From: Botryllus schlosseri
Lineage: Eukaryota
Assembly (NCBI GenBank): GCA_051294905.1
Contig: CM119372.1
Location: 16,928,001 to 16,992,000 of the forward strand
Direction of reading: 5' to 3'
Length of the DNA stretch: 64,000 bases
Shown here in pieces: positions 37,701-52,700 of this stretch (positions are counted from its first letter, which is position 1; each line of letters begins with the position of its first letter). The position numbers and the translations under genes were made by a program. Under the pieces are notes generated by a model that did not search any database, had not been told where the DNA came from, and was given only the letters and a program-made list of their open reading frames with translations.

Positions 37701-40700
37701 ATTGGCGACTGGCGCTCACCTCTTTGGATGAGGTAACCGAGTGACTTACTTGTAATGCCCGAACGCTGATAAATTGATACGATTTTCGTACGCTTTCTCC
37801 ACGAGGCAGCGCCAGGTGATATTTGGATTCGCTATTCTCAGTGGTTTCAAGCGTTCCACGATTATTTCGCACGCATTCTGAAAAGTACAAGCTCCCTTCA
37901 TCGCAACGTTACAGGTATAGGGTTGCATTTTAAACAAATATTGTTGTAAAAAATGCATCTAAAAAAATTGTTTTTTTCTAACGCTGTATAATTATGCCGT
38001 TATTGTGTAAATTCTTTCGAAAAAACATGTAGTATGATCCTACGGACGATTTACAGCAGATATAGTCGGCGTATATGATATCAAATGGTTCGAACTATCA
38101 ATCAAGAGCAGATGCAATAAATTCTGCGCTCTGGAACATAACTTTTGGGTTGCCAGAAATCCTACCGTCGCTGCCGCAAAACAATTCTGAATTAAGCCTC
38201 AGCGTAGCGGAACGGAGCTGCAAAATCGGTCGTTGCCATTCCATGTTAACATTCGATATTGGAACCCTCGAAATAGTCGTCGGTTCAATAGTTGTAGCAC
38301 GTAGATATGGATTATTATAGGGTATGGGTGTTCTGATGATATGATCACCGACCGTAAAAATTCTGCATAACGATGTAGTCCTGCTTAAAGATATTTTTGA
38401 TCCGATTATGACAGGGGTCGGAAGCCTTTTTCGTCGAAGGAGCCATATTTACCCTACTTTTTCAATTTTCAATATCAATCTTTAATTGTGACCTCGTGAA
38501 TAAAAAAAAACATAAAAAACGATAAAAAACATGTTTTAAACAAGGTCCATGGTTAAACATTTTTGTTTTAAATTCATTTTGTTTCAAGTGTAACCTTACA
38601 TACAGGTATCTAACACAAATTTCAGTGTTGAGTTGGAAAAAACGGGGAAGGGGCAGGGGTACTTATAATGCGTCGTATGTATCATTTACTCGAGTTATTT
38701 CATATGCGATAGGGAGTCTTGATAAAAAGGAGTTTCGAGTTAATTAATCCCAAGTTGTTTAGGTCGGAATATTTGCTAAACAAAAGAAGCCTGAGTATAA
38801 AGACGTTCGGTACATCAGCCATCATTTCGACAGGCAGGCCACATTTAAATAAGGCGATGAGACCCCGGATCTTTCTAATAAGTTCCACGTCAATCATCTC
38901 CGATGGAATTGGTGACGCGAGACTAACAATTCGATAACGTACTACACATACGACGTATTATACGCATAGAGGTAAATTGCGCGAATCGCTAAAATGTCAT
39001 GTTATCAAATTACCTTGACAGCCATTCCGTTCAAATCCGTACCAAGACTTGCAGCAGTCGCACTGGTGTTTGGAACTGTTGCGGTTGACGTCTCCATGAT
39101 GTGTATCGAGTCTGTTGGAATGCCCAGAACCTTACTCGCTATCTGCAACAGGATGACAACTTGACAGAATCAGGGATGCCACTGGGATATCTCGGAAAAA
39201 CCCAGATGTGGAGGTCAAATAAACCAAGAAAAACCCGTAACCTATATTTCACTCAAATATCGATAAGATAGCTGTAAAACTGGAACCCGACAGTCATCAA
39301 TTACAGTAATAATGTCGTAGAAGCCTTTGATATTGAATCTCTAACAGTTCATACTATGCATTTTGCTCGGTTAACACTGCAATATGTTGTTTTCCTCTCG
39401 ACTCATTGCTATGAAGCAATTGGTGCGGGGCGTCGATACCTGTTGGTGTATCAAATATATCATCACACTGCGAACGTTCGTAACAGTGCCATCCATTCCC
39501 TATTTCTGGGGCTGATTTTCGTGCATTTTCATTGACCTGGCCAGATTGAAAGTAATAGCTTTCAATGGATCAATCAAGAGACAATCACTTTGATCTGGGA
39601 TAATTACACAGACCCATGTTTCGTCGAAAAAATAACTGCCAAATCATGAAATTCAGGGTATATTCGAATGCGCTGATAACCAAAGCCTCTGACGAAATTG
39701 CTGGGGGTGTCCAACTGTCTCTCCGAGTATCCATGTTGGAACTAAATATATTAACAATATGATATATTAGTCAGATCATCACCGGGTCTACCCATGTGCA
39801 ATGTGCAATGTGCATACTATACAGTTACATACTGTTTACAATACACAACGAATTCGTGAGTGTGTGAGTGATACTAGCATCCAAGTCTTACAAATTTACA
39901 AATTGTTAGACAAATTGTAAGACAACGTTTCCAATGAGTCGCCCTATGAACATGACTTTCTGCAACCTGAAGGTTTCGATTCAATGAAACTCCACCGCAT
40001 CACGCTGAGGCCCCTCATTTTAGTAATGAAACAGTCTCTCAATACTCGGCTGTTACAATAAAAGCGAAATCCATCGACAATGGCGAATACAAGTGCGTGC
40101 ATTTTACGACATTGTGATCGTACTATTCTAATAAGAAATGTTCGATGGTAAAACTGACCCGACGAACATGATGTTGAAATAAACACAAATTTCAAGGACA
40201 AAAACCCAAAATCCCAGGTGATGCTAAAAAAAACAGATCTGGGTGGAAAACCTCAGCAGTGGCATGTCTGGACAGAATGCACAAGACCACATATGTGTCT
40301 ATGAATACATTTGTTCACACGAATCGGTTTTCGCGATATTAATTCATAAATGTATACCTGTATCGTTTTTGTGTACAGTCCTTGACCCATTTCCATGCCA
40401 CCATGAGACAGTAAGACGGATCCATCTGTGTAGACCAGTACTAGTGCTCCACTTTGTTCTAGTTGCGGCAAACCAAAACCGACAGTGAATTTCGAAGCAA
40501 CGCAGGATATTCCACGCTTCTTCCACCTGTCGTCAATGGTTTCGATGTTAAAATATTTTGCAACGTCTTCCATCTGAGTACTGCACTGTATCTAGTCATT
40601 GCCAAACAATCAAACAGATAGCACAGGAGTACTATTCCGGCTTTCATTTTCATTTTACTTCATTGATTGTTTCATATCGATCACAGCCTGACCTGCACCG

Positions 40701-43700
40701 TTAAGTTTCTTGTTATCATTTCATTCGCCAATGTTATTTTCTTTTCTGTCGGACAAATCAATAAATATTTCTCTCTCCCCACTAAATATCAACGAGAACA
40801 TTTTGCATCTTCGCTGACATCACCTCCGTCCGTACTTCTTGTGCTTACAACTATAAAGTTTGAGGGACGGAGTCTGACCGGAAATTTAGTGTTGCATGGC
40901 GATAGGTAGATAGTAGAGAGGGTGCGAAAGTGAGGTTCACGTTCGCGTTCTGTGTGTGAACCTCAGAAATTTAGAGGTTCACGTTCACAAACGAACCTCG
41001 GTAGGTTCTGCACTGTAAACCTTTTTCATATATTACAATTTTCACTTCATTATAACATCTTTGGCTGAAATTTATTGCATTTCAACTGTGGGCCACTCTA
41101 TGCATGGCGTTGACAGCATAACAAAATCCACAATAAACGAGCATGCACCTTGACTTTCTCAAAAACTTTACTTGCTTTGTTGCAAAAGTTTGCTCGAAAT
41201 ATCCAGCTTTCCGTCTGTGAACATCTAGTGACTCTCTGCTGTGAGCTTGACCCGCAATCACACAACATCAAGAGCGAAATACACAACATGTAGTCATCGA
41301 ATGATGCTTATTCAACTAATCAATGAAATTGATATCGTTGTTTAATGTAAAAAAAAATCTAGCAGGCGTATGGGGTCAATCTTGACTTCATATGCTTATT
41401 GTATCATAAAACCCGAATCCGTGTGATTGGGGTGTTGGCTACTGCTGTATCATTTGTAAATGGGGTAATATCGGTAGCAAGCATAGAAACCCGTTTCACA
41501 CTCTGCTCAATATCAACGTAGCAGTACTCAGACGCCGACGCCGAATACATTGTCCGGTCTGGCCTAGACCGTTAAGGCGTAAGTTTATATTCCCTTGCAA
41601 GTCCTCGTCGAAATTGTTGGCAAAGCGACGGAAGATATTGATTCTATGGGATTATTCTATGATTTGGTTACCCCAGTTGATGCATTTGGCGACGTTTAAA
41701 TCGTCAATATGTACTGCAGTATTGTGGCATTATGTGGCCCGAGTCGTCGCTCGTTATCGTGTACAATAATGTTGGCTATCACTTCACTGAAATGTAGGGT
41801 GGGAATTAGCAATATGACGTCACGTGACGTCATGAGGTTGACGTTCGCGTTCCCACAGAACCTTTCAAAAAAGTTTCACGTTCACACGATCCTGAACCTT
41901 TCAGAGGTTCACACCACTACTAAAACTACTACTACTATAACATTTAATATCGGCTGTTAGGATAAAATGTAAACTAGGTTGAATAAAATAATAAAAATAA
42001 AATAAAAATGTCCAAATTCGGTCATATCTTCAAAAATAGAGCCAATCTGCAAAAACCAATGCCATTTTCGATCTCAGTGCCCTCGATTTACCCTAAAATC
42101 GTTCTCACCTACCATGATGAATTTTTTTGTTGTTGTCCAGTGTAATAATAGTCTGTAACACGTAGCTATACAGTTACTCACGCATTTCAGCATGTTCGTG
42201 AGCGATGGAAGGTCTTTTTTTCGTGTATATTTAACTTTATATTCGTTATTTGATTCATTCACGCAGCTAGCAAAATGTAATGACTTCGGGTCATCACTCA
42301 TACTTCGAAAGTTCGATGTGACTTGACTTGACTCGAGTCACCTTGGAAAATAGATTGACTTAACTTGACTCGAGTCAAAATTTGCAATGACTCGAGACGA
42401 CCCGTGTCTCGAAGGTAGTGACTTGATCTCAACACTGATAGGTACATTCATTAGATTATTGCATATTCCGTTAATGTTATGGTTGGGTTTGTTTTTGTGC
42501 CGACAATATCTTATTTATTTATTTTGTTATAGTGCAGTAGCCTTGAGATGATGATATATTTTTCATACCCCCCTGAAAAAGGCCCATGGCCCCGGGTTGG
42601 GAATCTCGTGGCATGAGTCAATGTATTTTTATCTCGGAACAACACTCGAGCAGCAAACGAAAGTCGCAGTAACGTTCATCCGGCACAAGTGATTACTGTA
42701 AATTGTGTGCAATAACTAACATAAGCTTAATCTTATCTTTTAAACAGCATCAGTATCACAGCGAGCTGATAGCATCAAAGCTTCCGTGTGTAGTGCAACC
42801 TGTGATGGTATTTCAGTAATGTTTCACGAGCTGTCGGGGTGGCACCAACAATTGTGAGGTTACACAGCTGAAATAACTTGGTATTTCCGGGTGATTTGAA
42901 GCAGTGGTGCCACTCCTAGTGTTTTTACACTAAATTTAATGTATTTTGACTTGACCTAGTGTTCAGCTGTATTTTTTATCAAAATTTTGCAAATCTAGTA
43001 TTTTTTCATGAAAAAATAGATTAAATGAAGACGTCATTCTGATGAGCTTTGCATAACATATGGTATCTGTCCAACACTTGCTCATTTAGCACAAGAACAA
43101 ACCCAGAAGGTAAATTGCTTTGCTATGGAGCTCATTTCTACTACTGACGGTGTGAAGATCTTGAGATTAAATACAGGATTTTTGACACCTTTTATAAATA
43201 TACAATGGCGATGCGGATACGTCCGGACTATATCATGTTCGCGAGTTCATGTTGAAGATTTTACCAAGCCATGACTGGCAGTTTGTTTATCTAATCGTCA
43301 TGTCCTAGTACAGGTAAAGTTTGTATGACAACTTGACAACGACTGAGACAAAGCGGATTAACCGGCAACCTGACCATTGTTTTTATCCAAGCCTGAGACC
43401 GGTTTCTAACTCCCAAAAGCGAACCGATGATAGAAGCGAATATGATACCTTGCTCGATTTGCCCGGGCCCATTCGTGAATGAATAAATATTATGAGTAGC
43501 CCTGCGATATACACTCAGTTTTATATCCCTGGTGTTGCCAAGAATATAAATTACTTTAAGTTGCAATATTTGAATTAAAAACGGGCATGACATCATAACG
43601 CTGAAATAATTTTGCATGGGACAGCCTACAGTGATTTGGCTTCGATAATTTTATTTGACTAAAATGTCGGCTTTCTTCGATCCTTTGACTGTGGAAAACT

Positions 43701-46700
43701 AGAAAACGACTCATTGATATGTGGTTTGTGATGACGGCTCACCAATTTTTATATCGCTCACTCTGATTGGATCGAATGTCGTGGATATTATTTATATTCG
43801 TGAGAATCTGTTTAGAGCCGAAAAAATTGTAACTTTACTGTCAGGAAATAAAAAGTTATCAATATTGTATGTGAAAAAGATTTTAGAAAACCTGATGAAT
43901 TTATCATTCAAGTCTTCTTGTAAATTCATTGGTGTTAATCAATGCACCCCGTCATATTTTTATGATTTATGCAATAGATTTGACCTAAATTTCAAAACTA
44001 GTGTATTTTTTGTCGATCCAGTGTTTTTAGTTGGTAAATCTAGTGTTTCATTTTTCACTGACCTTGAGTGCCAACACTGCTTTGAAGCATAGGCCAAATT
44101 GTGTAAAAACGCTCACATTTGGAATGAGGCTATCTGTTTCTACATCGCTAAATGCTCGTAATTATAGGCGATCTAGGTACATGGCAATGTTGGGATCAAG
44201 TCACTACCTTCGAGTCACGAGTCATTCCGAGTCATTGCACATTTTGACTCGAGTCAAGTCAAGTCAATCGATTTTCGAAGGTGACTCGAGTCAAGTCAAG
44301 TCACGAGTCAAGTCAAAATTCAAGTCAAGTTGCTTTTTTGAAGTATGAAGCATGATTACGTCATTGCATTTCGCTATGTGTCTGAATAACAGATTGATTG
44401 GTCATTGATTCTGAACCGATGAACGAATATAGAGTTAAATATACATGCAATAAGGGGCTATAGCACTCACTTATACGTAGAACTGTTAAACTACGTATGT
44501 AATTGCATAGCCTCATTTTATAGTTACCAGCCAAGATAGAGAATCGAGAAACGAATTGATAAAATGCAATACAGTACCCATGTATACATATTGATATGAT
44601 ATGCGCCAATGGTTGAGTAGTATATAAACTATATTCGATTTCAATTTCAGTAAAACAATAGGTTCAGTTAAGGTAAGAACAGAGAACAGAAATATATATT
44701 TTGCTATTAAATTACTTCACTACTAGTTTACGACAACGTAAGCTGTAGCTTCGATCACTTCGTTTGTGGTCATAGAAAATATTGGAGGCTCAGTAAAACG
44801 CACGATCATTGAATGATCGATCGCTCTCATGTGTTACACAAGTGTTTGGCGAACAATCCGAACATATGCAAGATAAGGTGATTTTTACTTGATGACTTGA
44901 AATTGACTCGTGAATTTTGCTCCGAGTCACGAGTCAATCCACGTTTCTGATACGCCGAGTCAAGTCAAGTCAAGTCATGTTAGCAAAGTGACCCGAGTCA
45001 AGTCAAGTCATACGAAAAAGGTGACTCGAGTCTGACTCGAGTCAAGTCATGACTCGAGTCATCCCAACACTGGTACATGGTATTCTGTGCAGATTCTGTA
45101 ACGCACCTGTTGATTGCATTGAATTCATTGACCTCCCGTCTGTGTCGTTCGAAGTCGCTCCGTCTGACGCATTCTTCCCAGCAGTCTCTCAGAGTTATGC
45201 CGAACATAGCAGCGCCATAGATGACTGTGTCACCGTTTTTAAGCATGTTTTGGTAACGGATCTGGAAATTGAAGATAGCCACTGGACTGGATTGCGGCAC
45301 AGCGAAGAAAAAGCGTTAAAAGCGAGCTTTCCGACGGTGTGGAAATGCAACGTCATCGGGTATATAGTATATAATTGGTTGTAAAATGATTGACTGTGAA
45401 GAAATTCAACCTGATGGATTGTAAATTGTAAGTCTAGTGGTTCGTGGAAATAACCTGTAGGGTGCAACAAGATACCTTTTCAGGTGACATGTCCAAGTGA
45501 TAAGCAACGCGTGTAATCCAATCTTCAACAATAACGTTGGATTGTGGAGATCCAAATCCACGGAATGCGGTGTTCGAGACTATGTGCGTTCGACAGACGT
45601 GTCCGGTAATTTCCATGTTTGGGATTCTGAACCGCAGAAGGCCACGTTGATGAGATGTAGCTAAATGTACTTTTGTATTTCTTACTCGTAGCTGTTGTCG
45701 GACTGCAATACGGCCTTTTCCATTACTGATTCTGAGAGATCTAACGTGTTTCCTGCATTGTTGTAGTACCGAATTTCCAAAGCCTTGATACGTCCATCGT
45801 TGTTGTAACCTATCTGCGTGTATATAGTCGGAATCATAAGTCATATTCGCCATTGAAGTTGTGTATTTGTGGAGTGCCATGTAAAACTGAAGAACAGAGC
45901 ACACTTTTACATAGATATAGATCAGTGGTTCTTGACCTTTACGAACATGGCGAACACTTATGCTATAATCTGCAAGCCTTCAGAATCACAAAAACCTACC
46001 AAATTACACATCTAATACATTACTATCGAATACTGGAGCACAGAATGAACTGTGCAGTGTGCACCAACAACAGTGTTCCAGGGACACCACCATTAGAACA
46101 TGATTTTCATACACCAACGAAGATTAGAATGGATATTCACTGCAAATCAGTGTGACTTTAGGCGCGTCTTCGTTTGAAGCCTGGTTAAGAACCACGGATC
46201 TGTATATTGTATACACACAACACATGTATATTGTATACACACAACACATGCATACAACACACACCCACAAACAAATACCATGCATACATTAAGAAATACG
46301 AATCCACCAACCTTGTAACGCCCTAAAAATGGATGCCTTCCTCCAGTACTCAGCATGTCATGCTGTCGCGTCAGCACACAGCGCACAGGTCTGCCAAGCC
46401 TGCAATGGTATAAAACACTACAGCAACAAGCTGATCTATCCCTCTATATATTTACGTATCCTCCTTTATTTGTATGTATGATTTACCCAGAGTATATTTG
46501 CGTTTCGTGTTTCCCTACCGCATTTGCATGTCATAGAACCATGTGACATATACCCAGGCCATATCTATTCTCCCTGCATCACAACATCCGGGACGTAGAA
46601 AGTGACGTAGCGAGAAAAAAATTGGAGGTGCTGTCATGTTGATGCGCCACTACACACACTGTACAATGCAACACACAATCCACAATGCGAGGTAATGCAC

Positions 46701-49700
46701 CAGTAATGCCTCTCAATATGCCATCATTTCCAACTTTATGTCCTATACAGCAGCGTAACAGATGTAACAGGAGTCAACATAAATCTACGACACTTCATTG
46801 CGTGCTGCGTTACTGCCAAGAATCGAACCGGGGATTCTGGCGTCGATGGCAGTGGATTTTACTATAACGCTAACCTTCCCACAATTGACCAATTTGTGAC
46901 CAATTTGTTTGTATTAACTATAGCTAACTGACTACGTAACAAGCCTCCGTAGTAGAGCGGATACGATTACACCATTAGAAGTGGCACAAGCACCGTCGTT
47001 AACGATGAGGTCATCAATGAGGATATCCCTTAGCATAAGAAACATGAAATTTGCGCTCATTATTTATATGCGAAGGTGAAACATCTGTTTACGACTGTGC
47101 ACACGAATGTGAAATTAGCTAATATCCTCTCAATTTCTCGTTAAAATTGCCATAACATGTTACTTTTTAGCGGCAATCGCAGCCGGACACGCTACTTTCG
47201 ACGCCCTCGACTCCTTTCCGCCGAATCCGCCTCCAATTCGCTTCACTTTCACCAATACCCGGTTTCTCGGCACACCAAGACAGGTGGAAATCTAATGGAA
47301 AGAAGTAGGAATCATTTACGGCATGGAGCTATACCAGCAACCCGTTTGTTACCGTTTTCTGCAATGCCGTGACGTCTTGCGTTGAGCTCCACACCTCCAT
47401 TTCGCTCTCGCCATCTCTCGGTATGGCAATGCAGCAATGGGTCTCCAAATAAAAATGATCCTGCCCGCCAACCCTGTGTATAATTCGTCACAGAGAAAGT
47501 ATTAAACATTTCGCAATTCTGGTATAGGGCCAAATTCCGAATACCTTACTTCTCCGTCTGTCACGTGATCACAATGCTTGAATCCGTCGCCGATGTCACC
47601 CTTGGCAAGTTTCATAATAGCATAGTAGGAATCATGTTCGATTGCGTCCTGCAATATAAATATAAGTATATGTTTAGAACTAATGATCCAAAGTAATTCA
47701 AAGATGAGCAACCTCGATGGTAATAATTGCCGGTTCCAAATCTTCATATTCAATTGACACCAGCCCAGTCGCCTTGAATGCATTTTCTTGCGTATCCGCA
47801 ACGATTCCCCCGATCACATGACCATAGCACGTGACCTATGAGCACATAATTTGCCAGCAACCAGTATATGTATGTTTAGATGCTGAGAAAGAAGTCTATT
47901 TACAATGCCATCGGCAAAAGTGTTCTCGTCTTCACCATCCATCACGTTTTCCCCCATCACGTCGTTGACACTTATGAAATCAACCACTCCCGGTAACTGT
48001 AAAGCAGCTTTCGCGTCCACGGATATAATTTTGGCATGCGCTCTCGTACTATATACCAACACCATGTTCAGCTCGCCTACAACGGTGGCGATCTTGATAA
48101 TATGTATTCAGCAAGCACAGGCGATTTCGGCAAATAGCCTACCTTCAATTGGTGTAATGTCATCTAGATACTCTGCTTCGCCAGTTACTTGCTTCAGTCC
48201 CGATGTATGCGGTACGCTGTGACCGACTGTATCGGTTCCTGCGTGGTCCGGCTGAGGCTGTAATAAAGGATTTCGTCGAACCATCACTGTTGAAAAGCAA
48301 CGTACAGCAAATGAACGCTGATCTAAACCTCTTGCCACGTCCGTTCACTCGTAAATGGCTGATCTTCGACTGAAAGATGTTGACAGATGGCTTTACTGAG
48401 GATAACGTTGTTTTCCTGTACAGTATTGTGATGTTAGTTACATATATTTCATTGACATTAACAGCTGTCGGATAAATTTTCAGGGGCACAGCTTTGAAGG
48501 AAGCAAAGCTAAGTTTAATTGATTCATGATCATGACCCACTGTACTGACAATGACTATGATTGGGTCTGTGCAGTACACAGAAATTGACAAAATTTGATG
48601 AAAAAAAAAACCATTTTGCAATCCTCTATTTAGTCTCTATGCACCTGTGAGGTGTCAAAAATATCGCGGTTCTGAGATACTTTGAACAGAAGACAATTTG
48701 AGCATATGCGATTTTACAGAACCGAGTTTCTGATTATCGATAGACAGAATATTTGAGGTAATGAATCAGTAAAACGCCACAAATATGTTGCTACTGTTTA
48801 CTACAGTTATTAACTGATTGGTATAACCTCCAGTTATACTTACCCCAACCACATTGCGCTCCACCAGGCGAGCAAAAGTATGGTGATAGAATTTGAAGAA
48901 GAAGCTAGTCACCAAGGTTCTTCTATACTCCACCATGCCTCCCGGAGCAGAAAGTGCTAATTCCATCTCGTCGTTTAGCCATTGACACACGTTGTTGAGC
49001 AATGTCTTATCCCACATTCTGAAGAAAAATTATATTGCCTGGGTTTATGCCAAATGGCCCCGATGCAAGAAATTGCTATATGACGGATCTGTATACTTTT
49101 GTACTGTTACCGTGGTTGTAATGACTCGATTTGACTCCAGTTATATCCTTGAATATGGAAAGTGACTTGTTGTTGATATCGGCAGTCACCATGTATTGCA
49201 CGGCAATTCCAGTTCCGGGATACTAACCCACGCCACGACCAGTTGAACACTGTGCCACTATAGTGCCATTGTGCAAGCCGCAGCCGCGACACAGTATGGT
49301 CCACAGTTTTATCGATTTAAATCAAGTCGCTGGGTGCAACGTTGTTGAATGATGATTCACTGATTTGATAATAATTAACCCGTAGCTCATCGAATATCAC
49401 ATGATATCCCTGATAACTATCGAATCAGAACGTAAATGACTACTATGGAGTCCGACTACGGAGTTTACTGTTCACTTCGCACTAGAGGATATCGTCTTCC
49501 AGTACAATTGATGGCATGGGTACATGAGCGGAAAACGGGTCATATACGGACACCTGTTTCTAAGCAGCTTCATATTTCAAAGTGCTATCGAAAATCACTT
49601 GGACTCGGGCTCGAAATTGACCTCTCATATTATGACTTCGACTCGCACAGTTACTTGATGACAAAACCAAAATGACTCGACTTGACCCAGTCAGAAGTTG

Positions 49701-52700
49701 AATTTATCGAACGACTTATGACGCTAAACCTCTTGACTTGGTTACAGCCAGCATGTTTCACACATCCATATTGTTGATGACACGAAATATCTATTCGAGT
49801 AAGCCTGCTATATATGCGATGATCATACTCACTAACTATGCAAATTCAGTGACGGTATACCTGCCCACTGCTTTGTCCATCGTCTTCTTTGCCATTTTCG
49901 TTACAGCGGCCATTCCCCCGAACGCCATTGACATTTTCTTCACAACGCTGGTTCCCGGATTGAACGTGACCAGCATGGCGGAATTGACGATGGCAATGTC
50001 GTCTTCTTTCCGCTTAGATTGTTTGTACGCCTCCATGATGTCATCCTGGTGACAGGGAGATCAGATCATCAGGCCAACTATATCTTCTAATCTGCTCAAA
50101 TTTGAGGTAAACTATTGGCAATCAATTTGAAGACTTGATTGTCAAAGTCAATACTTTTGGAGAGGAGACGGGACAGGGCAATTTTCTTTTACAATCAATC
50201 CAATACTTTTTAAAATATCTCATACAGTTGAAAGAGTTGAAGTGGGTGATGCTAGTTGCATAAATACTGCAACTGCGATAGTCGTCAAGTGCAATTGAGG
50301 ATATCGATATATGATCTGTTTTATAGGCTTCATATTTCGAAATGTTACCGGAAACACTCATCAAATAGATTGAGACTGTTTCATTAATTATTAATAGGAC
50401 TACCGGGGCCTACGATACTAAGTATCGTAGGCCCCGGGACTACATTGTAACGATACACGATTTATCACCTATAACTCCGTATAGCAGTGGTCGGGAACCT
50501 ATGGCTCGCGAGCCATATATGGCTCTTTTGGGTATAAGATATGGCTCTTTGCCAAATATATATTTTTGTGTTGAATTGATCAATATTGCAAAGAGTAGTT
50601 GGTAAATGTTAATCTCGGCCAAAATAATTATTCTCGTGGCAGTACAAACATGTCTTTGAGAGGTAAAGACAATGTTGTCTTCAAGTTTAGGGGCTCTCTT
50701 TAGGACCCTCTCTTTTCAAAATCATCAAATTTAAGTTACTGTCACGCCGGCGACCAATATCACTCGCGAATTCTATGTACCCGACTCGAACTCTTGAATT
50801 GTGCGATACGTTGATTAATCAAGGAGCATAGCAGACACGGCAGCGCCCATTTCAAAACGCAGTTTTCAAATACGCATTGTCTTCCTGATCTAAGTCGCAA
50901 AATGAACTGTTGTGAATGTGACAATTACAAACTCGAATTACACACAACGTCATAGCTATCCACGTTCTTGATCGGTAAGTATAGCTCTGTGTAGTACCGG
51001 CGATAAAATGTAGGCGTGTTTCTCAACGTTATGTTACCGCCGAATACTTTAAGAAGTCGATAAATATATAGATTTTCGTAATCAGTGTGACAGTCACATT
51101 CGATTAATATCAGTTGAAATAAATTCTAATCTACATATGAATTGCGTTATCAAGGGTGAGACTTGGCCCGTCTTTTCTATATCTCTCGTTTTGACCTTTA
51201 TTTCCGAACAATAAATACCAGATTTTACTCAGAAAATATGTCGCACACGAGGAATCCCATGTAGTGAGTTCGAATAAGTGCTACCATGACGTCACGAATT
51301 TTCAATTGTGACGTAACAGTTGATTGGCATGTATGACTCTTTGGGAGTTGAGGTGGAAAATATAGGGCCATTATGGCTCTTCGGACAAAAAAGGTTCCCG
51401 ATCACTGCCGTATAGGGTGATATATTCTTGTGCAGATTGTTACGAATTATGAAATTTTGTTCGTATCAACAATTCATTGAAAAAATGGCGTCACTCCATC
51501 GCCGTGCCGAGATCTTTCACCATCGCCAATAATTTGTTTTGTGGTCAGACAACTCTGACAACAATACTTCGTATGCAGATCAGAGCCATCAACTGACCTG
51601 CGATAGAAAGGGAAGGGAGATACTGATCAACACTTCTTCCGGTTTGGCGATCGTCCTTCTATATCCGCTGAAGAACGTATCGTCCATCACAATTTCTCGA
51701 CGCCCGCCGTTTAGGGATTCAAAGGTCAGCTTCGCTCCACAAGCCATTAGTATCGGATTCAAATCGGAAATTGGACTTCCAGTCATTATATTTCCACCAA
51801 GACACTGAAAGAATGGTGTTTCTAAGCAGTAGCCAAAGTCATACATAGTACATATCATTTACTGCGACATTTCGGATTTGAGCTCCAGCAAACACCTTGA
51901 GCATCTTCAAAATGGCCTCAAAAGTCTGTACCGACTCTTGTGACTTCTTCGCACAAAGTTTCAGAAGGCAATTCTCTAGTTTGGATAAACTGCATGATGC
52001 GCCGATCATAATGCCTGCATAAATAAATTATCCCTGCTGTTTAAAGATTTCCAATAGAACGCTAAATCCTGAGCGGGGTGTCACAGCACATTTGTAACAG
52101 GCACTGAGACTCTTCTCAATGCAGTAGCGTCACACTGAAGTTGACCGCGGAATGCATAGTCATGAGGGTTAGTTTCAACTGGCCAAATATCGTGCAGGTG
52201 TACAGTTTAATGTAACCATGTCGACATATGACAATATCTCATGAACATTATACATGTTTTAGAGCACTCCTCATACCATTAGCCTCATTTGAAACCGATA
52301 AATTTTTTTGGTGGTATTGAGACCTACAGTTGAGAAGCCATTTCCTATATGAGATATACCCTATTCTTTTGGTTCTGGTATAAATGATCGATTGTTATAG
52401 CAGAGTTTTAGCGAGCGAGAACGTTTTGAGTGGCCCGTGCGGTCATTCTCGAAATCAGGTATATTATCAAAAATTAAATTACCCAGGTAATTATTATGAA
52501 CTTGCAAGGCCAACCAAAAATTTGATTAGCCTGACCGCGAAATTTGGGATGTTGGTGACTACGATATACGCCCCGACGCATTTACGTAGCCAGGGGCCAA
52601 CCACATTTTCGTAGATCATCTTATACGACAATAAAGTAGAATATTTCATGGCAGATTCATTCGAGTTGAAATTTTCGCGCTTCGCGCGGCTAGGACATGT

